Of a stretch of 64,000 nt of DNA, positions 54,301 through 63,996 are shown in pieces. The position numbers and the translations under genes were made by a program. Below the pieces are notes generated by a model. That model was not told where the DNA came from, made no database searches, and saw only the letters and a program-made list of their open reading frames with translations. Source of the stretch: Porphyridium purpureum (lineage: Eukaryota); the NCBI GenBank assembly GCA_008690995.1, contig VRMN01000001.1, forward strand, positions 310,001-374,000, written 5' to 3'. Numbering within the stretch: the stretch's first letter is position 1; the number at the start of each line of letters is the position of its first letter.

Positions 54301-55204
54301 ACAAATGGTTTTTGACTATAACCAACCTGGTCAAGTTACCGTCAGGATGCCCGCATACGCGGACAAGATCATTGAGCAGGCCGAGCCATTTGTGCTGGGT
54401 AAGGTCGGTGGCAAAACCCCCGCATTGGACGACCTGTTTCAGGTTCAAGACTCGCCATTGCTGGCTGCTTCCTCCGCGAGAGCCTTCCACACGACAGCCT
54501 GTCAACTTCTTTATCTCAGCAAGAGGGCGAGACCAGATCTGCTGGTCGCGGCATCATTCTTGACGGGTCGAGTACAAGCCCCAACCGAACAAGACAGAGA
54601 AAAGCTGCGCAGGGTTGTGCAGTACTTGCAAGGAACGCGCGAGCTGGGGCTCACACTTGGGTGCGTCGGAGCGCCGCGCGTGCACTGTTTCATTGACGCG
54701 TCCTTTGGTGTGCACAGCGACATGAAGAGCCACTCTGGCTGCATGGTCAGCCTGGGCCGCGGAACGGTGTACGGGAAGAGCAGCCGTCAGAGTCTCGCGT
54801 CCAAGAGCTCAACAGAGGCAGAGCTAGTCGCCATCAGTGACTGCATAGGTCAAGCTCTCTGGATCGAGAGGTTGCTGCGAGGGCTCGGTGTGGAGTGCCT
54901 CAGCACCCTGTTGTACCAAGATAACGAGGCCACCATGAAATTAGTTCGTAACGGGCGTCCCAACTCGTCGCGGACCCGACACATTGCTCTGAGGCACTTC
55001 TTCGTCAGCGACAGAGTTGCATGCGGCGAGATAGAGATGACGTACTGCCCCACGGAGCAGATGGTGGCGGACGCTCACACCAAGCCCCTGCAAGGAAAAG
55101 CTTTCCGCTCACTTCGTGAACGCATGTTGGGCGTTGAGGTTGCGAATCTAGCGCAGGCTAACACGGACCGACGGGAGTGTGTTGATGTACGTGCAAATGG
55201 TTAA
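51362..55204 (+). CDS. pol: Copia-2 Pol (PR-IN-RT-RH), presumably translated by readthrough
   Basis: LDTMASEH, SDIHF, SDPES, VERANR, KARLVAGG, LKKALYG, HVDD, SSTEAE, TRHI. No ATG precedes the protease Asp; stop lies inside the 3' LTR. Confidence 0.93.
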   Translation, partial: GSGPLRHVYVHRATNREAATVGLDTMASEHIFSSGEAVTNVRKTDRKVVLHGIDAGSSGIFIDEIADTKFGEVYYSQKVAGNILSFAKLRNEDKGTKYDMAGDVFVVLDVDNKEVRFRQDQGLYVADICCVSGKINAYAAPCNGLTHDLDNIPAHKCFSTDSRHNSMERSALPLPSGGKPSPFTKQEIARAEQARDLQRRLGFPSFDVLKKVLRRGDVENCNLAARDAERAEQLFGPSEAAIKGKATGHKPTEVGYVPIRNEEVYQEMHSDIHFLCGQAFLISVVKPMHFILTTAIRAKTSWELRRALQEQIASLRGHNVVIRVIKSDPESGIVAIVDDMKRSGILPNVTGAKEAVPAVERANRTLKDIARAVIHGLPFALPTSLVPALMKYVTHRANIVPSSTGWRDDETPWTRMTGRKVSSTADVSLGFGDYVLIMNAKVDNTMTPRATGCIALYPVGNVEGTWAFLNLASQKELRRQRWRKTVITQEVVAAVNAMRGTARLELATEDHEHEAEKHDTAGREAGKPAGAAATRTASGLTLSAGAFSETRAARSANEHEETLENSRTSAVVESSQPNRNPGAGENAEENPGVRVEAIEKRIEELSRKEAILQEQIHALDKRAAAYQVSDDHDVLGEGQAVQVGVVEGAPAEWDLADCTMTTKNVLDGHGEQAGPASVGGLSTKRTAADQGGSDGCNTYAGEAKRRRIRLALITEFVQAHCLKAPTVSWLRAVQEYGEPALESVMSELVQLGSNGHDVFEPVTRRLSEDELRNVLPVHLFVTEKRDPQTGELVRLKARLVAGGDRQDPELYPNTSSPTVATESLFALAAMSATQGRKVASVDFPGAYLNAVMPSGDPPVFVRFAKALAKCMTTADPTLQSHLSASGTLVCRLKKALYGCRTSAKLWYDHLCRSLAALGYQRSMVDYCVFRSDEDDTWLALHVDDMKIMAVNDAAIVKLVKGLEPEYGVLTMRSGSGIEYLQMVFDYNQPGQVTVRMPAYADKIIEQAEPFVLGKVGGKTPALDDLFQVQDSPLLAASSARAFHTTACQLLYLSKRARPDLLVAASFLTGRVQAPTEQDREKLRRVVQYLQGTRELGLTLGCVGAPRVHCFIDASFGVHSDMKSHSGCMVSLGRGTVYGKSSRQSLASKSSTEAELVAISDCIGQALWIERLLRGLGVECLSTLLYQDNEATMKLVRNGRPNSSRTRHIALRHFFVSDRVACGEIEMTYCPTEQMVADAHTKPLQGKAFRSLRERMLGVEVANLAQANTDRRECVDVRANG

Positions 55205-55534
55205 TGGTTGAATGGTTATCCGGGTCAACGACTTGGACTGTTTGGACTGTTTAATGTGTTCGGTCGGGTGCGAGCCTGCGTGCTAGCACGAGCCATGGGC
55301 ACGTATGTTTGCGACGTTTCTAGAAGTCCACACTGACGTTTCCTTGTCGCTTTGCATCTCCGCGCCGCCGCCACAGTGCAGCTACAGGGGTATAAAATGC
55401 TGCAGGGCCAAGGAGTAGGGTGGAAATTTTGAGTGTAGCGTTTGGGTAGGCGAATATGTTTTTGACGCGAGTGGTATTACAAAGTAAACCGTTTCTTGAC
55501 TTTGCAGGGTTTACGCCGGGGGCGTACTTCAACA
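55180..55534 (+). repeat. Copia-2 3' LTR
   Basis: Direct repeat of 49849-50203. Confidence 0.97.
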
Positions 55535-55892
55535 TTTACAGCTGTGTACAGCGTTGTGCAGAGTATAGTGTACCTCCACTGTCGGCAACTTTTCTGTCGA
55601 AGCATGTGCAGACAGTGCAGGAACGCAGCAAACGTGTACGAGTGCGTGAGTGTTTTTGGGAGAAAGGGGAGTGTCAGATTCGTGTCCCGATCGGACGGTC
55701 TGTGAGGGGAAGAAGCGATGCACGTAGTGGTGGTGGTTGTGGTGTGTGTATATAATACACACGGGTGTTTAGGAACTGGGGTGGAGTGGGAGTGAAGAGG
55801 GGGGCGGGGAGAGAGGCAGAGAGAGGAGGAGGAAGGGAGAGGAAAGCAGGTGGTCAAGTGCAGAGCGTGCAGAGCGAGCAGGGGTCGGAGTC

Positions 55893-56837
55893 ATGGCGTC
55901 GAACGAGCCAGAGTACGCAAACTTCCGCGCAAAGCTGAAGCCCTCGGTCAACTCGGCGATCCTGCAAAACCCAAACAGCTACACCACCGCCGCGCTCAAC
56001 GCAAAGGATGGCAAGCCGGCGATCACCGAGACGGTACAGAAGCCGGTGAAGAAGGCAGACGCGCCCGCCGCGGCGCCGGCTGCAGCACCAGTAAAGGCGC
56101 CAGTAAAGGCGCCCGGCGGCCCGCCGCCGCCGCCAGGTCCGCCGCCGCCACCGCCACCGGCGGCAAGCGGCGGCGACGGAGGTGAGGATGTCACCGCCAA
56201 GCTCTTTGCTGAGATCAATGGCGCTGGAGGCGACATTCGCGCCGGACTCAAGAAGGCAACCAAGGGCCCGGTCAACTCTGAGGCGCCGGCACCAGTGCCA
56301 AAGGCGAGAGCGGCGCCCGCAAAAGCGGCTGCCGCACCGGCTGAGAAGCCAGCCAAGTGCGAGTTCAGTGGCAAGACGTGGAACATTGAGTACCAGTGCG
56401 ATAACCATGATATCTCGATCGAGGTGACGAGCATGAAGCACACAGTATACATTTACAAGTGCGAGAAGGCAACCGTCCAGATCAAGGGCAAGTGCAATTC
56501 GATCTCCATCGACAGCTGCAAGAAGGTGAACGTCGTGTTCGAGACGGCGCTGTCGCAGATTGAGATTATGAACTCGCAGGAGATCCAGGCACAGGCCACG
56601 GGCAAGTCGCCGTCAGTGAACATGGACAACGTGAACACGGTCACTTACTACCTCAACGCCGAGTCAGTCGAGGACGCCCACATTATTACGGCCAAGTGCG
56701 CCGCCGTGAACATCATCCGCCCCAAGCCAGACGATCCGGATGACATCCTGGAGCACCCGATCCCAGAGCAGTTCTTGACGACGTATAATAAGGAGAAGGG
56801 CAATTGGGAGACGGTTGAAGTATCCCATGATGATTAG
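55893..56837 (+). CDS. CAP: Cyclase-associated protein (CAP/Srv2): poly-Pro, WH2 and CARP beta-helix
   Basis: PPPPPGPPPPP, LFAEIN...GLKK, W.IEYQ, VYIYKC, IKGKCNSISIDSCKK, EHPIPEQF. Confidence 0.9.
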   Translation: MASNEPEYANFRAKLKPSVNSAILQNPNSYTTAALNAKDGKPAITETVQKPVKKADAPAAAPAAAPVKAPVKAPGGPPPPPGPPPPPPPAASGGDGGEDVTAKLFAEINGAGGDIRAGLKKATKGPVNSEAPAPVPKARAAPAKAAAAPAEKPAKCEFSGKTWNIEYQCDNHDISIEVTSMKHTVYIYKCEKATVQIKGKCNSISIDSCKKVNVVFETALSQIEIMNSQEIQAQATGKSPSVNMDNVNTVTYYLNAESVEDAHIITAKCAAVNIIRPKPDDPDDILEHPIPEQFLTTYNKEKGNWETVEVSHDD

Positions 56838-57405
56838 AGGTCGGCCGTGCGTGCCCTTGGCGGCTTTTGGCATGTCCTTCTTCTTCCTTGATTTCTTGGC
56901 GCCGTTTTTCATTTGATTGTCTCGCTGAGATTCGAAAAAGAGGGCGCAGGGTAGTGTGGTTACAGTAACATGGTTCGTCCTTGACCAAGGCCGGCCTCTT
57001 GGACAGACTTAATTCACTAGAAAGAAAGAAAAAAAACAAACAAAAAAAAAAAAAAACAACCGGGAGTCTACAAGCTTGCACGAACAAATTCACGAGTCTG
57101 AACGCGCATGAATGGACAGCTTTTCATGATTTGGTGTTTTTCATCGCGAAAAGATCACACGCACTGGCGTGAAGCCTGACAGAGCTCCAATTGGACTCCA
57201 GTGCAGGCGAGACGTTCAATGCTCGCGCCCTCCTCGCCACACCTCTCCACTTCGTCAGCGGTTCAGTCTAGAGGTACACTTCTGTAGAATGTGCGCGTGC
57301 GCTCAGTCGCCAAGCTCGCGGTCGTCCGTTCACCAGCCGCAACGCGCAACGTCGAGACTTGGTGGATACGGGCGGTGGCATGTTTGTCTCGCGCATGTCG
57401 GGTGC

Positions 57406-59187
57406 ATGTGTGCGTTCACGGCTCCGCACCTCTTCTACTCGCCGTGCCCATCCGCATCCACCGTGCGGCGCGCCTGTCGCGCGGCTCTCGTCTCTCGACG
57501 TGTGGTGCCCGTCAAGGTGTCACGGACGCGGAAGCATATGATGCTATCGTCCCCTCCACACAGTGCAGCAGAACACGAGCCTTTACCTCTGGCCGTACGA
57601 ATGCCCTCCGAAGACAAGTTTCGACGTGTATTCCATGTGTTCGCACTGAGCGTGCATGCGAAACAAGTCCACGCTGTGCGCACGCTGGCGGCCAAGATGG
57701 TGCTGCGCGTCCCGAAAATTGTCAGCGTTCGGGATGATTCTACTCTTCTTCCAAGTGAGGAGAGTGGAGAACAGTCACCAAGAAAGCTTATTCTGACGCG
57801 CTTTCTCGCCGACCCATCATCGACACATGGATCTGAACAGAATGGATCGGTTTCATTGTCAATTGCAGGCCAAAAGCGGTTACTGGAAGAGCTGAACGAC
57901 GGAAAGCAGGAAGACGCATTCGCGTGCCCAAAGACGCCTTCATTACCGGCACCTCTTGTAAATTTACCGGAATTCATTGGGAATATGACGGACCAAGATG
58001 ACTCCGGGAGCAATTACTGTGAAGGGCGGCTCCGGCAGGAGCTCGCGGCCCTTTCTGCGTCATCGCCGCTTCCAGAGTCGCTCGTGATCAAGGTTGTGCA
58101 GGTGGTCGTAGGATTTGAGCACTGGAGCGCTGACACGATTCTCGCTGCCCTGATGGGGGCCAACGTAACGGTGCCAACTTCGTTTGAACAAGTCGGACAT
58201 CTGATCCACCTCAACCTTTTGGACGAACAGCTGCCGTACAAATATTTGATTGGAGATGTCTTACTGAAGAAGCTCGCTCCACGTGTGCGCACTGTGATGA
58301 ACAAGGCGGCTTCCACATCTGGGCAGTTCAGAACCTTTGACATGGAGCTGCTTGCTGGGGAGGACAACACTGTTTGCGAGGTCAGAGAAAACAACTGCAT
58401 ATTTGAGTTTGACTTTCGTCGCGTGTACTGGAACTCACGACTCGAAGCGGAACATGGTCGTATTGTGTCTCTCATGGGCGAGTCCAGCGTGCTTGCAGAC
58501 GCGTTTGCTGGAGTGGGACCGTTTGTCATTCCAGTGGCCCAGAAGCTCGCGGGACAGGCTTCATCGTCCAAGAAGGTGAAGAAGAAAGGCGATGACAGCG
58601 CCGCCGCTCAAATCGACCCAAGTATGCAGGCGTCAACACTTTTCAAAGTGTACGGCAACGACTTGAACCCTGAGAGTTCTCGGTACATGCAGCTGAATGC
58701 GAAGCGGAACAAAGTGCAAGAGCATGTCCGCGTATCCAATCTATGCGCCCGGGACTTTTTGCGCGGTCTGGTTTCTGACCGCGTTCCGTTCACGCACGTC
58801 ACCATGAATTTTCCGGCAGGCGCCCCCGAGTTCTTGGACGTCTTTCGTGGGCTATACGCGGTTGATCAAAACGCGTTGCCTGCTCAGCGGCTACCGCTTC
58901 CTACCGTGCACTGTTATTGCTTTGCGCGCGAAGATATGTGGGATATCCAACCTCTTGCTCGTGTGGCACGCGTCCTGTACGGAAAATCGATCTTATCCGA
59001 TCCTCTACTCAGTGGCGACGACGATGATCTAATCCTGGACGAAACCGGCTTCCGCACTGGCGCCAATGTGCGCCAGGTCCGCTCAGTGGCTCCAAATAAG
59101 CTGCACGTATGTGTGACGTTTAAGCTGCCTGAAAAGGTTGCATACGCGGACGGGTTTTCTGAAAATAATCCTGCGAACTTTAACTAA
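57406..59187 (+). CDS. TRM5: tRNA (guanine37-N1)-methyltransferase Trm5, possibly organelle-targeted
   Basis: FEQVGHLIHLNL, VYWNSRLEAEH, DAFAGVGPF, NDLNP, MNFP, VHCYCF, VRSVAPNK. Start uncertain (57289, 57406 or 57538). Confidence 0.9.
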   Translation: MCAFTAPHLFYSPCPSASTVRRACRAALVSRRVVPVKVSRTRKHMMLSSPPHSAAEHEPLPLAVRMPSEDKFRRVFHVFALSVHAKQVHAVRTLAAKMVLRVPKIVSVRDDSTLLPSEESGEQSPRKLILTRFLADPSSTHGSEQNGSVSLSIAGQKRLLEELNDGKQEDAFACPKTPSLPAPLVNLPEFIGNMTDQDDSGSNYCEGRLRQELAALSASSPLPESLVIKVVQVVVGFEHWSADTILAALMGANVTVPTSFEQVGHLIHLNLLDEQLPYKYLIGDVLLKKLAPRVRTVMNKAASTSGQFRTFDMELLAGEDNTVCEVRENNCIFEFDFRRVYWNSRLEAEHGRIVSLMGESSVLADAFAGVGPFVIPVAQKLAGQASSSKKVKKKGDDSAAAQIDPSMQASTLFKVYGNDLNPESSRYMQLNAKRNKVQEHVRVSNLCARDFLRGLVSDRVPFTHVTMNFPAGAPEFLDVFRGLYAVDQNALPAQRLPLPTVHCYCFAREDMWDIQPLARVARVLYGKSILSDPLLSGDDDDLILDETGFRTGANVRQVRSVAPNKLHVCVTFKLPEKVAYADGFSENNPANFN

Positions 59188-59215
59188 ATAAATACGACGC
59201 TGGCTTCAAAGCGAA

Positions 59216-59794
59216 TCAAAGATTGCGGAAATAAGAACTTCCATGGCTCTCATCAACAAGGACGCTCTCGAGCCCCACATGTTTCAGTACATCTCTTCCA
59301 AGCCGGACGAATGCCTTGGCGCGCTCGGGTTGGAAAGTGGATTGTTCAAATGATGAGAAATCATGGTCGTACGATCTGACAAACACGCCAACGTCACTGG
59401 GCTGAGACTCGTCTGGGTGTACAAGAATTGCAATCCCTGCGGCCATGCCGGTCCCTTTTGATGCAGACGCAGACGTACTGGTGCCCCCAGCACTGCCGGA
59501 TGGTTTAGACGCAGGCTTGCTGGGCACATGCTGTGCGGCAGACGCCGCTGTTTGCTGTGCCTGTCCCGAGCTTCCGACCCAGCGCTGATGCAGCAGACGA
59601 GGCCACCGGAACATGAACTGCGCCCAGAGCCGAATGCGCCTTTGCAAGTTCGGCCGCCTCCCAGCCACCGCGCGGTTCACGCGCATCAACTTCCGGTACA
59701 GCCGCGGGAAGCCATACGTGCGCGCAATCACAAATACCGACACCTTTTTCGCCAGCGACAGGGCAATCAACTTGAGAATGATCTCCGCGGCCAT
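59216..59794 (-). CDS. Hypothetical protein
   Basis: Compact ORF convergent with TRM5; basic amphipathic N-terminus (AKK...ARTYGFPRLYRK). Confidence 0.6.
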   Translation of the reverse strand: MAAEIILKLIALSLAKKVSVFVIARTYGFPRLYRKLMRVNRAVAGRRPNLQRRIRLWAQFMFRWPRLLHQRWVGSSGQAQQTAASAAQHVPSKPASKPSGSAGGTSTSASASKGTGMAAGIAILVHPDESQPSDVGVFVRSYDHDFSSFEQSTFQPERAKAFVRLGRDVLKHVGLESVLVDESHGSSYFRNL

Positions 59795-60261
59795 TTCCTT
59801 CCTGCGGGCTGCTTCGTTGCCACCGCACGGCGCTGTCTGGCCAGCTGTCCCACTCGCAAGCCCGCGCCGTCACAGACGAATCGACATGGATTCCCGTCGG
59901 TTCTCTCCATTTCTGACGTCCCCATCCACCTGACCAGCCGCACATTTTGCGCCCTGTCTGCCAGCCATGCGCAACTGAACGTTCTAGTACAGCTCGGTAC
60001 AGCTAGGTTCTGTGAAAACCTGGCGAAGTACAGTGAGGTTCAGTGGTGTTCTGTGAGGTTCAGAGAGGTTCAGTAGAGTTCTGTGCGGTTCTGTAGAGTC
60101 GCGTGGCGGAACATGTGCGTGTTAAGAGGGGGATGTTAGACACTGCCTCGGCACGTCGCGCAAGCCAACACGAGTACGCGTACACACACCCGCACGCACG
60201 TACGCTCACGCACCGCACGGCCCAGCGCAGCGCAGCGCATGCGAACTGAAGTCGGGCCGTC

Positions 60262-61632
60262 ATGGTCGGAGTGTCGTCGCTGAGCTTTGGCTGGCCGTCC
60301 GCAGAGGCGTGGTACTGGCACGGCGTGCTGATGAACGTGGTCGGCACGGTGCTGTACACCGTCGGCTGTCATGTGTACTCATGGCGAAGGCGCGCCGCCA
60401 TCAGGAGCGCGCAGGAAGCGCGCGGCATTCAAGGAGTAGGCGCTGAGGATGGGGTTTCCGGGCGGTCTCCAGAGACAAAAGGGACACTCGAGGTGATTTG
60501 CAGTCTGTGGCCGATAAGCTGGATACTCATCGCGCTCGGCCTCTCGGCGTGCTTCTTTTCATTCAGAAGCACTCCGGCGTCCGTTCTATGTGCCTTTTCG
60601 ACCATACAATTCATGACTTTTCTGGTGTTTCGCAGTGCCGTGCACAAGCGACACCCTTCGCGTCGCTCACTGTTTGGGTACGTCTTGATCACCCTGGCAA
60701 TGTGCATCGTACTGTCTGCTGGTCCCACCCACGTACAGAACTACCACGCGTCCGAGCTCGCCGCGCTGGTCGGCAGCAGTGCTTTTGTATCATACATGCT
60801 TTGTGCATCAAGTCTGACTGTTTTTCTGTGGCAGTGGTACGCGAGTATCAAACAAAGAGCGGTTCGCGAACACGAAGCTTCGCGATTTGAGTTTCATATG
60901 GTGTCTGCTGGCACGACGCGGAAGCTTATGGTTCTCTATTCTGTTCGTGCTGCAATATGGGGTTCTCCGGCGGTCATCTTTGCAAAGGGCCTGTCATTGC
61001 TATTGTTTCAGGAGCTGGACCCTGGATACACAGCTGCTGAGAATAGTGGGAATCCGTGGAAGTCTCCTGTTACATACCTCTTTATTGTCGGACTCGTCAC
61101 TTGCGCGTTGCACTGGGCACGGCGCGTGGCAAGAGCGTTGCGAAATTTTGAGGCGTTTATGATCGTGCCTCTGTTGACTGCGTCATTTCTCTTGTTTTCC
61201 GCCATCTCAAGTGGGATTTACTTTCAAGAATTCCATGCACTCTTCGAAGCGGAGCGTGCTGCGACCATATCCGGTGCTCTGTCAGTGAGTCTTTTTTCGT
61301 TTGGTTTCATCCTTCTGGTTGTCGGTGCTTATTTGATATGCCCGCGCAGGCCGTCGCATCATCCATTCGCGTCGGTGACTGTGACGATGTTGGACGCGTT
61401 CACGTCATTGACGGAGCAAGCCAAAGAGAACATTCATTCTTCATCTTTTGCCTCTACGACTGACGAGCCAGCTTTAGAAATGATCCATCTCGACCGGAAA
61501 GAGTCGGTCCCTGGTGACCATTCTGCCAGAAACGTGGTCCGCCCTTCCATGAAGCATGGCAGTCACGAAATGACCGAGTCTCTTGCTCTGAGCCATGCAA
61601 GTTCTGGTGACTCGGATGACGAGATGTTGTAA
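60262..61632 (+). CDS. NIPA/DMT-like multi-pass membrane protein (putative Mg2+ transporter)
   Basis: About 9 TM segments; PASVL, VIFAKG, ALRNFEAFMIVPL and SGIYFQEF resemble NIPA family motifs. Confidence 0.7.
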   Translation: MVGVSSLSFGWPSAEAWYWHGVLMNVVGTVLYTVGCHVYSWRRRAAIRSAQEARGIQGVGAEDGVSGRSPETKGTLEVICSLWPISWILIALGLSACFFSFRSTPASVLCAFSTIQFMTFLVFRSAVHKRHPSRRSLFGYVLITLAMCIVLSAGPTHVQNYHASELAALVGSSAFVSYMLCASSLTVFLWQWYASIKQRAVREHEASRFEFHMVSAGTTRKLMVLYSVRAAIWGSPAVIFAKGLSLLLFQELDPGYTAAENSGNPWKSPVTYLFIVGLVTCALHWARRVARALRNFEAFMIVPLLTASFLLFSAISSGIYFQEFHALFEAERAATISGALSVSLFSFGFILLVVGAYLICPRRPSHHPFASVTVTMLDAFTSLTEQAKENIHSSSFASTTDEPALEMIHLDRKESVPGDHSARNVVRPSMKHGSHEMTESLALSHASSGDSDDEML

Positions 61633-61893
61633 GCGACTGGAAACGAGACGGTGGTGCCGCGCGATCACGTGGCTCCAGCCCAACGAGAAAGCTCATAGTG
61701 GTAGAGAAAACATAGGGTGCCGTCTGGTCGCACTCCGACTCCATCGGCGCTGTGTACATATAGTAAATGTGCTGCAGAACCAGTTCATCCCATCTACCTC
61801 GGGGCCAGACGTGGGGTAACAGCACGTCACTGATGAGTGGGGCATTCGTCACCTCGCTGGTTTCCCGCGGAAGTAACGTCGCCTGTGTTTGAG

Positions 61894-62463
61894 ATGAGCC
61901 GCGACGTTCAGCGTCGGACGTGGGACAAGGCCGCGTTCGCTCGTCGCGCGGCCGAGAAACGACACAGCGCGTCCGATGTCGCGGATGAACGACAGCACGG
62001 CAAACGGGTCAAGCTCGATGCAGCTGCTGAAGGAAAGACAGGACCTGTGCGGAACCGCGGAGACGTGCTGAAAATGCAGCACCGCGTGGGGCAGACTGTG
62101 CTGGTGAGCAGTAACCAGGACGCCAATGCGGGGTTCCACTGTGATCTTTGCGACGTGCTCTTCAAGGACTCGAACTCGTACATGCGCCATGTCAATGGCA
62201 AGAAGCACCAGAACATACTTGGCAGATCCTCTCGCGTTCAGCGTAGTTCAGTGGTAGATGTGCAGGAAGCGATTAAGCGAGCGGCCGGACCTTTGGGTGA
62301 TCATCTCGAGCACGGTGTTCAGCAGCAGCCTTCAGAACCTGGCGCGAATTCCAAATCGGAAGAGGCGGCAGTAGATGATGTGGACGTCGAAGGTAGCCAG
62401 ATCGAAGGCGCTTACGCAGAACTTGGTTTACCTGTATCATTTACATCTGGACGAAAAGGGTGA
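61894..62463 (+). CDS. Matrin-type zinc finger spliceosomal protein (ZMAT2/Snu23-like)
   Basis: RRTWD N-terminus and GFHCDLCDVLFKDSNSYMRHVNGKKHQ. Confidence 0.88.
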   Translation: MSRDVQRRTWDKAAFARRAAEKRHSASDVADERQHGKRVKLDAAAEGKTGPVRNRGDVLKMQHRVGQTVLVSSNQDANAGFHCDLCDVLFKDSNSYMRHVNGKKHQNILGRSSRVQRSSVVDVQEAIKRAAGPLGDHLEHGVQQQPSEPGANSKSEEAAVDDVDVEGSQIEGAYAELGLPVSFTSGRKG

Positions 62464-62499
62464 TACTCGAATGATGAAATGATCAGTACAGTGTTCGCT

Positions 62500-63996
62500 T
62501 CAACACATACTCTTAATCACCGTCATGTTAGGCCCCACTTTGGGTCGGACCGCGCGAATCATGCCAAGGCCCTTATCCGGATCAATGCCTTCATACCTTG
62601 CAAGGTAGAGAATCGCGACCGCAGGAGCGCGGCCCATTCCGGCAGTGCAGTGGATGTATACGGTGTGTCCCTCGTCAACAAGTTGTTTGACCTGTGCGGC
62701 TGCTTGCTCCAAGTTGCTGCGGAGCGAGTCTGCATGAAAATCGAGGATGGGCACACGCACGCAAGGCATCGCAAGGTCTGCGTAGCACTTTTCAATCGTT
62801 GGCCAGTCAATTTGCCGCTGTGCAAAGTCGTGATCGGTCTGTACATTCAAGACAGCTGAGCTACCCGAAGCTCGAATCTGCTCAATGTCCTGCGCGCTTT
62901 GCGGATACGGTCCGAGGACGATCTTATTTGTAATCCGATCAATGTCCATTTCTGACACAAAATTTGCGTCGAAGATCTCAAAGAGTCCGTTTTCGACCGG
63001 TGACCCTTTCGGCAAGTCCACCGAGCGGTTTGGCTCGCGCTCCCAAATAGCCGTATTCTTCGCCACATCGAGTTGTGCATAGCGGTACACTGGATTGCTG
63101 CGGTCAGCAACGTTTGTTACCGGGAATGTGAGCTCCCAGCATCGCTCCAAACCTCCAGTCTTTGTGCGACGCAATGGGCCAGTGCCCATGGGAACGGGCT
63201 TGCTCCAGTCTCCCATTTCTGGAAACGAGCCAATGACACCCAAGACGAGCGGGTCCGGAAGAGGATGGAAAATGACCAAGCGCATCATGAAGCCTTCCCA
63301 GCAGCTGTACAGCTCGCACTCGGCAGAATCTCCTTTCATCACAGTCTCTGATACCGCAGTGTACTTTTCGAGGAGCGGACGGATTCTGCACGAACGATTG
63401 GGGCCGGCCTCATACAGCGCGTCTTGTATCCGCTCGCCGCTCGAAGGCACAATTAAGAACTTTGCCTGAAACGAAGAGTCCAGAACGGAGCGGCATGGCA
63501 AGTACACAGTCCCAATCCACTTGTTTGGCGCACTGCAGTGCAGGCGAAAAGCGCGCTCTGGTTTCCAGGCGCCGAGCTCGTGCAGCTCTCCGCACACAGC
63601 CAGCGTCTGATTGAAAGAAAGGTCTTTGTACATCTTGAACCTGAGACCGATGGGTTGATCCATGAGCACGGTCTGTTCAGTTTGGCTGATCTCTGCTGGA
63701 TCTGGAAGCACCAAGTTTCCAGCCAGAGGCCACCACACGACGTCGGGGACGGTCGCTGAAGCTGGGACTTGGACTGTAGCCTCTCTAGGTTTGAGCACGT
63801 ACTTGTAATGCACATCCACCTCATCCAAAGCGGGCAAATCCCATTCAAACAGTCCATCTGGCGACTCGCGCGTGGCCGGCAACGCGCGCTGCGGGTCCCA
63901 TCCACCCAATCGTTCTGCACTCCCGCACACATACATCTGGCACGCGGCCTGCTCGTGCGCAGCCGGTACGCGACACATCAACGTAATGATCCCCAT
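62500..63996 (-). CDS. Laforin-like glucan phosphatase: three CBM20-like modules and a dual-specificity phosphatase domain
   Basis: DSP signature HCTAGMGRA and LNVQT; three G..LGxW...W...YKY/WE..PNR modules. ATG at 63996 is only 4 nt from the window edge. Confidence 0.88.
   Translation of the reverse strand: MGIITLMCRVPAAHEQAACQMYVCGSAERLGGWDPQRALPATRESPDGLFEWDLPALDEVDVHYKYVLKPREATVQVPASATVPDVVWWPLAGNLVLPDPAEISQTEQTVLMDQPIGLRFKMYKDLSFNQTLAVCGELHELGAWKPERAFRLHCSAPNKWIGTVYLPCRSVLDSSFQAKFLIVPSSGERIQDALYEAGPNRSCRIRPLLEKYTAVSETVMKGDSAECELYSCWEGFMMRLVIFHPLPDPLVLGVIGSFPEMGDWSKPVPMGTGPLRRTKTGGLERCWELTFPVTNVADRSNPVYRYAQLDVAKNTAIWEREPNRSVDLPKGSPVENGLFEIFDANFVSEMDIDRITNKIVLGPYPQSAQDIEQIRASGSSAVLNVQTDHDFAQRQIDWPTIEKCYADLAMPCVRVPILDFHADSLRSNLEQAAAQVKQLVDEGHTVYIHCTAGMGRAPAVAILYLARYEGIDPDKGLGMIRAVRPKVGPNMTVIKSMC

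Larger units (their letters stand above)
49849..55534 (+). mobile_element. Intact Ty1/copia LTR retrotransposon (Copia-2)
   Basis: 355-bp TG...CA LTRs with no difference seen, 5-bp TSD TTTAC (49844-49848 and 55535-55539), gag and pol open, PPT-like GACGGGAGTG. Confidence 0.97.
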
